Assembly: GCF_964355755.1 (NCBI RefSeq)
Contig: NC_092670.1
Span: forward strand, 2,842,201-2,906,200
Direction of reading: 5' to 3'
Source: Antedon mediterranea
Taxonomy: Eukaryota; Animalia; Echinodermata
DNA: 64,000 nucleotides
Made by a program: the position numbers and the translations under genes
Shown: one piece after another, positions 24,772 to 36,604 of the stretch
How positions within the stretch are numbered: the stretch's first letter is position 1
How the letters are laid out: every line of letters begins with the position of its first letter
Notes under the pieces: generated by a model
What the model saw: only the letters and a program-made list of their open reading frames with translations
The model's database searches: none
What the model was told of the DNA's origin: nothing

Positions 24772-27700
24772 TGTAACTGCAGCCTACTTACAGGAGGCCC
24801 TCTAGAGTTCAGATAGATAAAAAGTGATAAGAGAGAATAAGACATTTTTTTATGACATAAAGTTTAGAGATAATCATTGTTAAAAGTATCTTTACCATAG
24901 GCTCCAATAAGGCTACAAGTTTTCACGGTGTTTATTCAAGTTGCTAATGATACTGTAATTTGTAGAGATACAAGAGATAGTTCAGAGAATAAATAAAGGA
25001 ACATCAGTATCTACAAAATTTGTAATTTATTTATGATGGACGCCTACGGTAACAGTGAAAACTTAGCTGATGGAAACTCAATGAATCTAAGAGAACAGAG
25101 TGAGAGACGCCCTACAGATAAGGACCTGTCAATAAGCATTGCTACTGAAGTAAAACTGTTGAGTCAAACTCAGAGAAAGGCTCAAGAAGCATCAAGTGAA
25201 CTAGAAGATGTTCCAAGCGACGTATTTGAGATACAAACTGCATTATGCAAAGCTAAAGCTGCATTAAAGGAATATAGTGATGCTTATGGTGCGTATTGAA
25301 TAAATTGTATGCACAAGATAGAGATGGTATTCATCGCAAAGATCACCTGGAGAATGAGAACATATATCTCACCATTGCCAACTCCATCAAAGCTAGTATA
25401 ACAAGTGCTATGGATAAGGCACATGCATTAGCCCTTGAGTGTCAAGCCTCAAAATCTGCAGCATCAAAGAGTTCATGTCGATCTATTGTTAGCATTAAAG
25501 CTCAAGCCGTGGCGAATGCTGCTGCAGCCAACAAAACTGCTCAATTTGCTGAAAAAATGGCTAAACAGAAAGCAGACCTTACAGCAAAAGAAGCTGAAAT
25601 GGAAATTAAGAAAGCAGAAGCAAGGCTTGAAGAAATAAGGCGGGAAGCACAGCAAAGAACAGAACATGCCAAAGCTGAAGCAGAGTTCAAAGTTTTAGAG
25701 GCTAAACAAGCTGCAGCTGTAGAGAATGCACGAGTTGATGCAATTCAACAGGAAATTCAGAACGGATATCGAGAAATTATGACCACACCACACCAAACCT
25801 CAAATGATCATGCACTAAGGTTTCGCAACCTAACCAAACCTCAACCTCTAATGACACAGACACAAGCAACAACAGCCCAACCGACAATGCCTCAAAATCA
25901 ATCTAGCAGTACCACAGACTTAAACGCTTTAGCAGAAGCTTTTTCTTCAGCCTTCAGTATGAACCGCATACCAGCACCAGAGCCACCAATATTCGATGGC
26001 GATCCTCTTAAGTACTATGATTGGAACGCATCCTTTAGATGTTTAATCGAAAATAAAGGAATTTCTAAAGCAGACAGAATTCACTACCTTAAGAGATACA
26101 TAGGAGGCCCAGCAAAGGAAGTTGTCAGTGGATACCTTCTGCTACAAGGTGAACATGCTTATGAAAACGCTAAAGCAGTTTTAGAAAAAAGATATGGAAA
26201 TCCATTTATAGTTTCCGAAGCATTTAGAGACAAATTAGACAGCTGGCCAAGGATTCAAGCAAGAGATTACAATGGCCTTAGGCGACTCTCTGACTTTCTG
26301 AACCAATGCAACATAGCAATGAAGGAAATGAAAGGCTTGGAAGTTCTTAATGACAGCAGAGAAAATCGGAAAATTCTTCAAAAATTACCAGATTGGTTAG
26401 TGAATAGATGGCGAAGAAACGCAGTGAGCGCTATGCAAATCAAGGGTAGTTATCCAACATTCAATGACTTTTCCACATTTTTGACGACCGAAGCTGAAAT
26501 TGTTTGCGATCCTGTTACCTTAATACCAGAAAATGAAACAAAATTCACAGAAAAAAGTTCAAGATATCGAAACCAATCTCAAACGCTAGCCACCAGTATC
26601 AGTGGAATGCCATCATGCTTCATGTGTAAAATGAATAACCATCACCTAAGTGACTGCAGAGCGTTTGCCAGAAAACCTGAAACCAAAAAACAGCAATACA
26701 TCAAGCAAAATGGTCTATGCTTCAGCTGCTTACAACATGGCCATGTGTCAAGGAACTGTAACCAGAAAAGTATTTGTAAAATTTGCCAAAGGAGACATCC
26801 AACAAGTCTACATGTAAACGAGAGAGATTCAGCTCACGAGATGACTGAAGCACAAATGCAGGTTATCAAGTTACAAGAGACTGTCACTAAGAAAGAGACA
26901 CTATTGCAGGATTTAGCCACAAAGTATGCTAAGAAAAATGATGAGTTAGCAGAAATTAAAGAAGAAAGAGATCTGGTTAAAAGGAAATCAGATGACGAAC
27001 TTGCTTATATGAACAAACAACTTCAACAGGCTGTAGCGTCTAATCCACCTAACATTAGTGAACAATTGGCTTTACTACATGCAGAACTTGATGAGACTTA
27101 TGGACGACAAATTGTTATGATTAAGTCATAGCTGCAGGAAAGACACCAGAATGAAATGCAAGAATTGCAAAAGAAATGTGAAGAAGATGCTGAAACTAAT
27201 AACAAAATTAGAGATGCATTAGAACAGAATTTAAAGGAACTCCAAGACCAATTAGATGAGAAAGAGATGGACTTAGAGGCTTGTCAGAACATCCAAAAAG
27301 ACTTCGAAGATCAAGTTGCACTTCTTAATAATCACAACAAGGAACTAACAGAGAAAATGGAAAAAAAGAAGATGTAAATTTGCAACTTCATCGAGAGCTT
27401 GATGAAGCTAACCAAGAAATGCAGAAGAAAACTTCAGAGTTAGATGAAAGAGTTACCCAGTTTATTGATGAAAAAGAAAGATTGGAAAATGAATATCGGA
27501 AAAGGTTTGAAGATGAAAGTGCCCATCAAGAAGATATCCATCGCATTGCATTAAACCAACAGCGTTCTGAAGTTGTTGCTGAAATTGATCGCAAAATGAA
27601 ACCCAAAGTAGAAGAAGTTGAAGACCATTTCAAGGTTCAATTCTGTACTGAAAAATCGGACAAAGAGAACGAATTTGTTCAAGAATTCCAGAACATTCGA

Positions 27701-28373
27701 CAGCAGTTAGCAGAATCTCATGCAGAAGAGATTGAAGCTGTTACAAAGAAAATCACAGATGAATTAACTGAAAAGCATGAGATTATGCTAGAGGAGGAAA
27801 CGAAAAAGCTCTTCAAAGGAATAAATGATATATCTGAAGAGAAGGTATCGACGGAGCAGAATCGGAATAAAGATTGGATTGAAAATCAAGGAAAAGAATT
27901 AAAGGAACAAATTGTAAATATAAAAGTCGAGCTTCAACAAGTGAACGAAAAGAATTCAAAAATACAAACTGTTAACTTATTCTTTATAGTTTTGGTAAAT
28001 ATTGTTAATATACTTCCAGTTTTGCATTACTTGTGTTTATTCTGGCAAGGGTGGGAGTTAAGGTTAAATCATAGATGATTTGGGTGGGAGTGTAACTGCA
28101 GCCTACTTACAGGAGGCCCTCTAGAGTTCAGATAGATAAAAAGTGATAAGAGAGAATAAGACATTTTGTTATGACATAAAGTTTAGAGATAATCATTGTT
28201 AAAAGTATCTTTACCATAGGCTCCAATAAGGCTACAAGTTTTCACGGTGTTTATTCAAGTTGCTAATGATACTGTAATCTGTAGAGATACAAGAGATAGT
28301 TCAGAGAATAAATAAAGGAACATCAGTATCTACAAAATTTGTAATTTATTTATGATGGACGCCTACGGTAACA
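24772..28373 (+). mobile_element. Non-autonomous BEL/Pao LTR retrotransposon carrying captured coiled-coil sequence
   Basis: 283-bp LTRs 24772-25054 and 28091-28373 (TGTAAC...GTAACA, 2 mismatches seen). 5-bp TSD AAATC. PPT GGGTGGGAG. BEL-type gag; no pol. Confidence 0.95.
25081..28078 (+). pseudogene. BEL gag fused in frame to an AKAP9/pericentrin-like coiled-coil fragment
   Basis: Gag: PEPPIFDGDPLKYYDW, LEKRYGNP, three Cys/His knuckles ending CQRRHPTSLH (about 26813). Then about 380 aa of E/K/Q heptads including LHAELDETYGRQIVMIKS*LQERH. Lesions: frameshift near 25290, TAG at 27129-27131, frameshift in an A-run near 27365. Confidence 0.85.
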
Positions 28374-28607
28374 AAATCTACCAAAACTAGTATTGTTGGT
28401 ATTATCTATTAGGCCTCCCAATAGCTCTTTTAACCATTTCATAAACAACATAAACGTGCACCCAGTAAGCCTAAACAAGATGGAAAACCGAGAGTAATCC
28501 ATGCAAGATTACTTCGTTATCAAGACAAGGTAAACATCCTAAGAAAAGTGAGGAGTTGAAAAAGTCGTAGTTCGAGTAGTTACTTCAAATTCGATTAAAA
28601 AACGAAG

Positions 28608-30230
28608 CAGGGGTGGCGCCAGGATCTTCCCGACGCGGGGGCTACATTCCCCGACGAGGGGGCTATGCGAGCGAAGCGAGCATCACTAGGCTGGGGGCCT
28701 GGGGGCCGCCAAGGACCCCCGGTGGGGGTCCAGGGGGCGAAGCCCCCGGAAGCAACGCGTTCTAGCGTCATTTGAGGTCATTTTAATCAGATTTAGGGTA
28801 GCCATTTTTTCCATTTTTTATAATGCATAAATAAAATACTGCGTGCAAAAAAACGATGCGCGATGACTGTTTCAATCCATATTTTACAATTTAAAAAATA
28901 AAAGTTCAAAGAAAATTTAGAAAAATAGAGTTGGAGGTCCCGGAAATTGAACTTATTATACTTCAAAACATGAAACAAAATATATAAGTCCCTATCATGG
29001 TTGTGACTGAGCTAAGAAATGTTTGAAAAATAGAGATGTTAGGTCCCGGAAAATGCACTTCTTGTACTTCGAAATATGACCAGCTTTATTGTTGGGGCTG
29101 AGCTAAGAAACTGTTTAAAACTAGAGCTGCAGGTCTTCAAAAAATAGCATTTTATACTTTGGAAACATCAGGCCTAGAGGCTTAAAAAACGCAAGCGTAG
29201 ACCTTTTTCAGTCAGGGAAATAAGTTTATTCCTCCCAAGTGTATACGTGCGTACCATCTGGACTTCCGAGTGGTGAGAAATTCATGACATACAGGACATT
29301 GAAAATGTAATAACTTAGCTATAATAAGATGTTGGCTAAGCGAAAATGGCATGTTTTTTTGTTTAGTAATGGATGAAAAATTTATTTTAGGTGTCCCACG
29401 GTAAAGAAGGTTACTTGTAAATTAAAAAATTGGTGAACATACGAACAATTAACATAATTCGTTTTTGCTGCTGTAGTGTAGCGTACGTCGACGCAGTACA
29501 CGACGTAACCGTCAGTAAACTTCGCCTGGAAAATAACTACAGTACACATTTTGGTCCCTGGATGGAACATGATATCACGCGTCTCGACCCAACGTTGAAC
29601 GATTCGTACAAAGGGATACCAACAGACAAGTGCAAACCTAGCTATTGTTTAGGAGTAAGTTAGATCGCTGGCAATAATGAATGCATATAAAGTGCATAAT
29701 ATCACTCTGACGTACTCTCACGGTCAATGAAACATCGCGGTTTTCTAGGCGCTGAAGCTAGCTACGAAGTGAACGTGAACGCTTTTTACTGTATATTATA
29801 ATTTATTCCCCGACAAAAAGTACCCGTGTTCCCTTCGGTAACCGTCGGTAAACTTCGCCTGGAAAATAACTACATTACACATTTTGGTCCCTGGATGGAA
29901 CTTGATATCACGCGTGTTGACCCAACGTTGAACGATTCGTACAAAGGGATACCGCCAGACAAGTGCGTACCTAGCTAATGTTTAGTAGTAGGTTAGATCG
30001 CTGGCAATAAATGAATGCATAAAAGTGCATAATAGCCCTCTGACGTACTCTCACGGTCAATGGAACGTGGTTTTCTAGGCGCTGAAGCTATATGAAGTGA
30101 ACGCGAACATTTTTTACTGTATATTATATTCCCCGACAAAAAGTACCCGTGTTCCCCGACGGGGGGGGGGGCTAGGCTCCCCGACGAGGGGGCTAGAGCC
30201 CCCGTAGCCCCCCCGCTGGCGCCACCACTG
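28608..30230. mobile_element. hAT-type non-autonomous element with an internal tandem duplication of about 333 bp
   Basis: TIRs CAGGGGTGGCGCCAG / CTGGCGCCACCACTG. 8-bp TSD AAACGAAG. 29506-29833 repeated at 29839-30155. Confidence 0.9.
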
Positions 30231-31094
30231 AAACGAAGTAGTCGAAGTTTGCAGTTCGACTTAATGAAGTCGAGCTTTTAGTCGCGTTACACACGTCTGG
30301 GTAACAAAGGCTATACATTGGCCAATGACAAGAGAGCAGACGAAATTTTCCATTTTCGTACAAAACTTTTTACGCATCAGGACTATATAAAATGAAAAAT
30401 AATTGTAATCGTTAATTATTAGAACAAGATCAGTATAATTTAACAGTGAAGTACTTTCGATTAACAACAAACAAAATCTTCAAAATATATTTAAGAATCA
30501 TGGTGGTACAGTAACTTTCATATTTTCTAGGCCTCCAACAAAGTATGTTTGCGACGAACCACACACTTCATAGCGTGACAAGAAAGCGCTAGGCCCCCTA
30601 AACATTCCATCGCGTGGTGAATTTCCGCATCTCCCATTGTCGCTATGGCGTGACGTAGTTCAAGTCGGACTTGCTCGAAGAAAATAATGTAATTTGTATA
30701 CGGTTGTAAATAAAGATGTTTTTCATTATTATAACTTATACCAATGTATGTTTAATAAATCTAATATAAAAATAGATATTTCATTCTTCAATATCTGGCC
30801 AATATAACAACTCAATGACTGTTACGTTTTTCATAAACATCGGTTAAAAACCATTTAGTCGACCATTTAGCCTGCCCACTCCAGGACTACAAAAATCGAT
30901 CAAAATCCGTCTCGATTTAGTCGAGGTTGGCCTGATTTAGTCGGCGATTTGTTGAATTTCGGTTTATGAATTAAAATGACGTCATTTTTAAAGTTTTAGC
31001 TCGAACTACGACTAAAGTTCGGTTTAAGAATACGGGCGTAAAAATCCGAGTAAGAAAATTTGAAAAATAGAAAATAACTGATATGTTAAATTAA

Positions 31095-31438
31095 AGATGT
31101 ATTGTCCCCCAAAATCATGAAAAATAAAGATTTTTAAAATCGGACTTTGAATAGGCCATTTTGCAGTTTTAATGAAGCTGTTTACTTCCATAAGAAAAAA
31201 AACGGGGAAAAAAATTATTTCACCTATAAAAAGACAAAATAAACAGTTAAATTACCCAAAAACTTATTGTCTTCCAGACAATTTGACCATTTTTTGCTTT
31301 AAATTACATTTTTCTCAGGTAAGTACATTTTTTTCAGACCCAATTTTTTATGAGAGTGAATAATTATTATGTGACATTAAAATAACATATTGAACAAAAA
31401 AATTTAAAAAAATATTTTTTTAGGGGGACAATATATCT
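31095..31438. mobile_element. Kolobok-type MITE
   Basis: TTAA on both sides. TIR AGATGTATTGTCCCCC / GGGGGACAATATATCT (RR...YY termini). Confidence 0.82.
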
Positions 31439-31459
31439 TTAAGCAAAACATAAAATATA

Positions 31460-31945
31460 TATAAATAAACCTACTATTTTACAATTTAAAATCTGGAAAA
31501 GGATTACATAGTTTTGAGAAAAGTCATAAGTCTAGTTTTGAAAGAGGAAAAGCATAAGGAATTGCGGATAGATAGAGGAAGATCATTGTAGAAATGAGGG
31601 GCCTGAAGGAGAGTTTGAAAATTTCAAGAGAGGGTTTAGGAATGTGAAGATTTCCTTTTGAGATTTGACGAGTAGTCATCCTCCCATTGGCAGTAATGTT
31701 AGTGAGGAGATGGTATAAGCATTGAGGAGCAAGAAGATTTAGGGTTTTGAAAGTAAGACAACCAAGTTGGTAGTTGAGTCTTTTCTGAAGAGGAATGGTA
31801 TGGGCTAGTCTAAAGTGATCATCAGAGAGGTGTGACATAGGATTAAGTTTGAGAATAAAGCGTAAAGCTCTGTTTTGGATTTTTTGTAGTTTACTATACA
31901 GAGGTTAGTATTAGAGTTAGAACCCAAGACTGAGCAGCATGAGTG
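31460..31945 (-). mobile_element. 3' fragment of a CR1/L2-group LINE
   Basis: ORF 31524-31838 (TFKTLNLLAPQCL..TRQ..LHIPKP..FK.SF) is typical of an ORF2 C-terminus; similar to 44480-44930. Confidence 0.65.
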
Positions 31946-32029
31946 CGAGAGAATCTCAGAAAATGACTTTAAAAAAATGTAATTCGGAACTTCTAGATAT
32001 AGAATATTCAGCAGCCATAACATCTATGA

Positions 32030-34930
32030 AAAATAATAAGTCTCCTTATGGTACTGATATTCTGCCTATAGAATTTTATAAAATGTTTTGGAATGTTGTT
32101 AGGTATGTTTAATGCAATCAATTTCATATTCCCAACATACAGGTATGTTATCTCAACGAAGAGGAGTTATATCTTTATTACCAAAAGGAGAAAAAAATCC
32201 AACAGAGTTAAAAAATTGGCGTCCAATAATATCGCTACTAAACGTAGACTACAAAAATATAGCAAAACTAATTGCTACACGAATGAAAGAAACGTTGGGG
32301 CAAATATAATAAACCTGGACCAAACGTTTTTTTTTTAAATCGCTACATAGAGAAAATATTCGTCTTGTATTAGATGAAAAAAAAAACGCTATAGAAAAAC
32401 ATTTTTAAATGTTTTTCTTTAGCGTTTTTTTTTAAATAATTTGTTATTATTTGTTGATTTCAAAAAGGCCTTCGATAAGATTAAGTTTGTTAAAGAATTC
32501 CTCGACAAATTTGGTTTGGAGAAATGATAAAAAAAACTGGTTTAAATTAATGTTGTATACTGATATTTCAAGCTGTGTAGTTAATAATGGCTTTACCTCG
32601 AATTATTTAACCATCGAGGGGACTACGACAGTGTTGCCCTTATTTCCATATTTATTTATTTATTGCGGCAGAATTGCTTGAGATATCAGTGAAACAAAAT
32701 AAACACTTTAAAGGTATTACCATTACAAATACTGATAAGAATAAATCAACTAGCAGATGATACTGTGTGTTCTTCTTGCAGGATGAATATTTACTGAATA
32801 CAGCAATAGAAATTCTTGATAACTGCTACATTTTCTGGTCTAAATGACAACTTTGATAGAAGTAATATTTTAAGACTAGGCACTTTTACCAATACCAATT
32901 TTAAAATTGTACCAAGAATTTGTTTTGGACAGATGGGCCAATCAAATACCTCGGAGTATATGTTTCGGGGAACGCTAATCAACTTGTTACACTTAACTTT
33001 GAAAATAAATTGGATCGAATAAAAAGCGTTCTCAACATGTGAAAACTAAGAGGTTTATCTTTGATTAGAAAAGTATTAATAATCAAGTCTTTGGCATTAC
33101 CAATTTTATCATATAATTCAATTTCAAATTTACCAACACCTGATGTAGAATATATTAACAAACTACAAAATGTGTTCTTTGATTTTCTTTGGGATGGAAA
33201 ACAAAACAAGGGCGGTTTAAAAATGTCACATATTTCGAGTTACATCCATTCTCTTAAATTGTGTTGGATAAAACGGTACCTGGATGATGGGGATGCAAAA
33301 TGGAAAGTTTTTTTAACCATAGAGTTTGAGGCCATTTGTGAGAAAAACATATTCTCCTCTGCTTACAAAATTATCCACATTTTATAGAGATGTACTGCTA
33401 CGTATCCGGATATTCACTCCCTGGACATTTACCCCCCGGAAAACTACCCCCGGACAACCACCATCTGGACAACTACCCCCTTAGGACAACTACCCCTTTA
33501 GGACAACTACCCCCCGGACAAATAACCCCCGGACAATTACCCCCCCCCCGGACAATTATCCCCCGGACAATTACTCCCCCCCAGGTAATTACCCCCCGGA
33601 CAAATACCCCCCGGACAACTACCCCCTTAGGACAACAACCCCCTTAGGACAACTACCCCCTGGACAACTACCCCCCGGACAATTACCCCCTAGGAACAAT
33701 TACCCCCCGGACAATTACCACCCGGACAATTACCCCCCCCCCCGGGTAATTACCCCGCGGACAACTACCTCTGACACAATACTCCCCGTAGGACAACTAC
33801 CTCCTGAACCTGGACAATACTCCGAGGGCAAATAATCATTTAGGACAACTACCTCCGTAGGACAACTCCCCTGGACAACTACCTCCCGAACAATTACCCC
33901 CTAGGAACAATTACCCCCTGACAATTACCCCCGGACAATTTCCCCCCCCCCCGGGTAATTACCCCGCGGACAACTACCTCTGACACAATACTCCCCGTAG
34001 GACAACTACCTCCTGGACCTGGACAATACTCCGAGGGCAAATAATCTTTTAGGACAACTACCTCCGTAGGACAACTAACCCCTGGACAACTACCACCCAG
34101 ACAACTATCCCTTTAGAACAACTACCCCCCGGACGGACAACTACCACCCAGACCATTCAACAACCTGACTCTGCAACAGTGTATAATAGGAATTAATAAC
34201 TATATTTTAATTCGTTACTTTGAGGAATTACTATTCATTATTGTAAACAAAAGTAAAAGATTGAACATAAATATAGTCCTAAGGGAGGGGGTAGATGTCT
34301 GGGGGGGGGGTAGTTGTCCAGGGGGTAGTTGACCGGGGGGTAGTTACCCGGGGGGTAGTTATCCTAAGGGGGTGGTTGTCCTAAGGGGGTTGTTGTCCGG
34401 GGGGTAGTTGTCCGGGGGGTTGTTATCCTAAGGGGGTAGTTGTCCTAAGGGGGTAGTTGTCCGGGGAGTAGTTGTCCGGGGGGTAGTTGTCCTAAGGGGG
34501 TAGTTGTCCGGGTGGTAAACATCCGGGGGTAACTGTCTAGGGGGTAGGTGTCCTAGAACCGTACTGCTAGCCTGGAGTGTATACCATTATTCACTAAATC
34601 CAGATACTGCAAATGAAATATAATTGTCAGGTACTTTACAATTGCTGTTTCGTTAAAAGAACTTTTAATATTCAAAACTTGTGGTGGAATGCAGGTATCC
34701 GTACAATTAAAGATGTAACTAATTCCAAAGGATCTTTCCTCTCGCAGAATGATCTTGAAACAAAGTATGGAATTGAAAGTAATTAAAATTTCGTTTGTAT
34801 GGTGCGATTCTGCATTATCCCAATGAACTGGAAGGTAATTCTCAATGAAAACTAAGAAATACTTAATAAAGCTGATATTTATTGTCATGAAACTGTATTT
34901 AAAATTAAAAGAACATGTAATAATTGTATA
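32030..34930 (+). pseudogene. Decayed L1/Tx1-clade LINE ORF2, interrupted by a foldback element
   Basis: KSPYGTDILPIEFYKMFW; GVISLLPKG..LKNWRPI.SLLNVDYK; RGLSL.RKVLIIKSL; FFDFLWDGK..GGLKM. Many frameshifts. Confidence 0.85.
33401..34561. mobile_element. Foldback-like DNA element with minisatellite arms
   Basis: Left arm (GGACAACTACCCCC)n, right arm (GGGGGTAGTTGTCC)n, AT-rich spacer. Flanking direct repeat (G)TACTGCTA, an 8-9 bp TSD. Confidence 0.88.
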
Positions 34931-35041
34931 GTATATCACACTATTGTAGCAAATATTACAAACGACATCAATGAAGTAAATTTGAAATGGTCAAACATGG
35001 GCAATTTTGATTTACAAGACTCCATAAGCTACACATTGATG

Positions 35042-35250
35042 AACAAGGCCAACAGCCATAAGTCGCGTGCTCTCAGAAAAAAATGAACTTTCAAAAAGTA
35101 ATGTACTTTAAAACTTTTCTGTATATCAAAACAGTTCAAAAAGTACAGAAAAGCGATAAAACGCATTAATGATACCGGACCGACAGACAGACCGACAGAC
35201 CGACCGACCGACATAGTGAACTATTGAGTCGCGTCCACGCGACTAAAAAT
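35042..35250 (+). mobile_element. Short HINE/Helitron-like element (second copy 37975-38167)
   Basis: AACAAG start, (GACC/GACA)n microsatellite, 3' hairpin AGTCGCGT-CC-ACGCGACT followed by an A-run. Confidence 0.65.
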
Positions 35251-36562
35251 TAATCAGTAAATATTGTTGAACTTTTAAAGCTGCCTTATATAAAGCTGTA
35301 AAACAAATAATATTTGGAGCATAAATTTGTTTCATTTTTTCTTTTACAATTACCACACTTCCGATTTACCGGTACTAGAAAGATTTGTTTATTAGATAAA
35401 AAGATCCGTAACAATGAGAGGCCTGTTATTGTACTTTGTACTTCCTTATATTATTCATATTGGAGCAATAATACACTGTGCTATTTAAAACTTAAAGATA
35501 GAAAACAAGCACCACCAGTTTCTGTATCACTGTTTGTTATTCACGATTTCATTATTTTTTCTCAAGGTGTGTAGGCCTAAAGCAGAACAATGAATGCTTG
35601 CTTTATCAAACTTCCAGTTTGCTTGTAAGCCTTACCAGATCGATTTATTTGTTACGAAAAATATCGATAATAATGTTCTTGTACTTTTTATAACTTTATG
35701 TTTATGAATATTGTTACTAGCAAGAATACATTGTGGTTTATATAAGTTTAGAATAGATAAACCAGCACTACAAGTTGTTGTATAATTTGCAGCTGTATAG
35801 CAATTATCAATCACAACTGAATACTAGTTTTAATGTACAAGATTAACTTATTTATAACAAACTGTCGCGACACAACGACATTTCTTGATTTTAAGCTAAA
35901 TAGACAGGCATCATTAATTCTTCCCAACGATTTAAAGTAGCACTAAAGAGCAGAATTATTTTTATTTATTAATTACAACATAACGTACTCCTAGGTAACT
36001 AAAATATAACGAATGTCAATTTCAGAAAGGGATCTGACCCTTCAGCTAATAACAAGCACAGTCTGTAATCGAAGCTTAAATAGGGTTTCAAGCCAATTTT
36101 AACGTAAAACAGACTATTGATACTTACTTTATCCATATACGTCGAGTTTTTGGTAATTTACTGTATGGGATGCAAATCCCACTAATGGGAAATTTGTAAA
36201 CAAACAACTGTTAGAAAACTTCAGTTTTGACGGCTGCACACGAACTTTGGAAAGAAACTGTCACTGACAACAAATCCAACAAATTATTCAGAAAATTAGG
36301 TGACCTGTGACATCTTAAACATATAAGGAACTGATCTTACCATATATGGTTAATTTTACGCCTATTAATGTTTATTAAACAGCTATAAAATGACGTAGCT
36401 TATACTTTATACTAATGTTTTCGCGCGAAACGTTGACGCTTCTGTGCCGAGAGAGGGCTTCTAAAATTTATGACGTCATGCGAAGTCGAAAATTCAGCGA
36501 TAACGGTCATATTTCCCAACGCGGCTCTCCGACTGTTAAATAATCACTAAACTCAGTTACAG

Positions 36563-36604
36563 CAGGGAAGAGTTAAATTACAATTGTAATTTAACTCTTC
36601 CCTG
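36563..36604. repeat. 42-bp perfect palindrome with 7-bp TSD (P-like TIR remnant); copy at 39479-39520
   Basis: GTTACAG|CAGGGAAGAGTTAAATTACAATTGTAATTTAACTCTTCCCTG|GTTACAG. Confidence 0.85.

Larger units (their letters stand above)
23900..28560 (-). mobile_element. Old L2-like LINE fragment interrupted by the BEL element
   Basis: Minus strand across the BEL insertion site reads TILVLVDLSSEFGTIDHDIL. GVP.GS near 24570-24600 and YADDTQ near 24476-24493. Many lesions; outer ends approximate. Confidence 0.75.

Noticed and set aside
33390-33647. Pro-rich 85-aa ORF
   Set aside because: It is a translation of the GGACAACTACCCC minisatellite.
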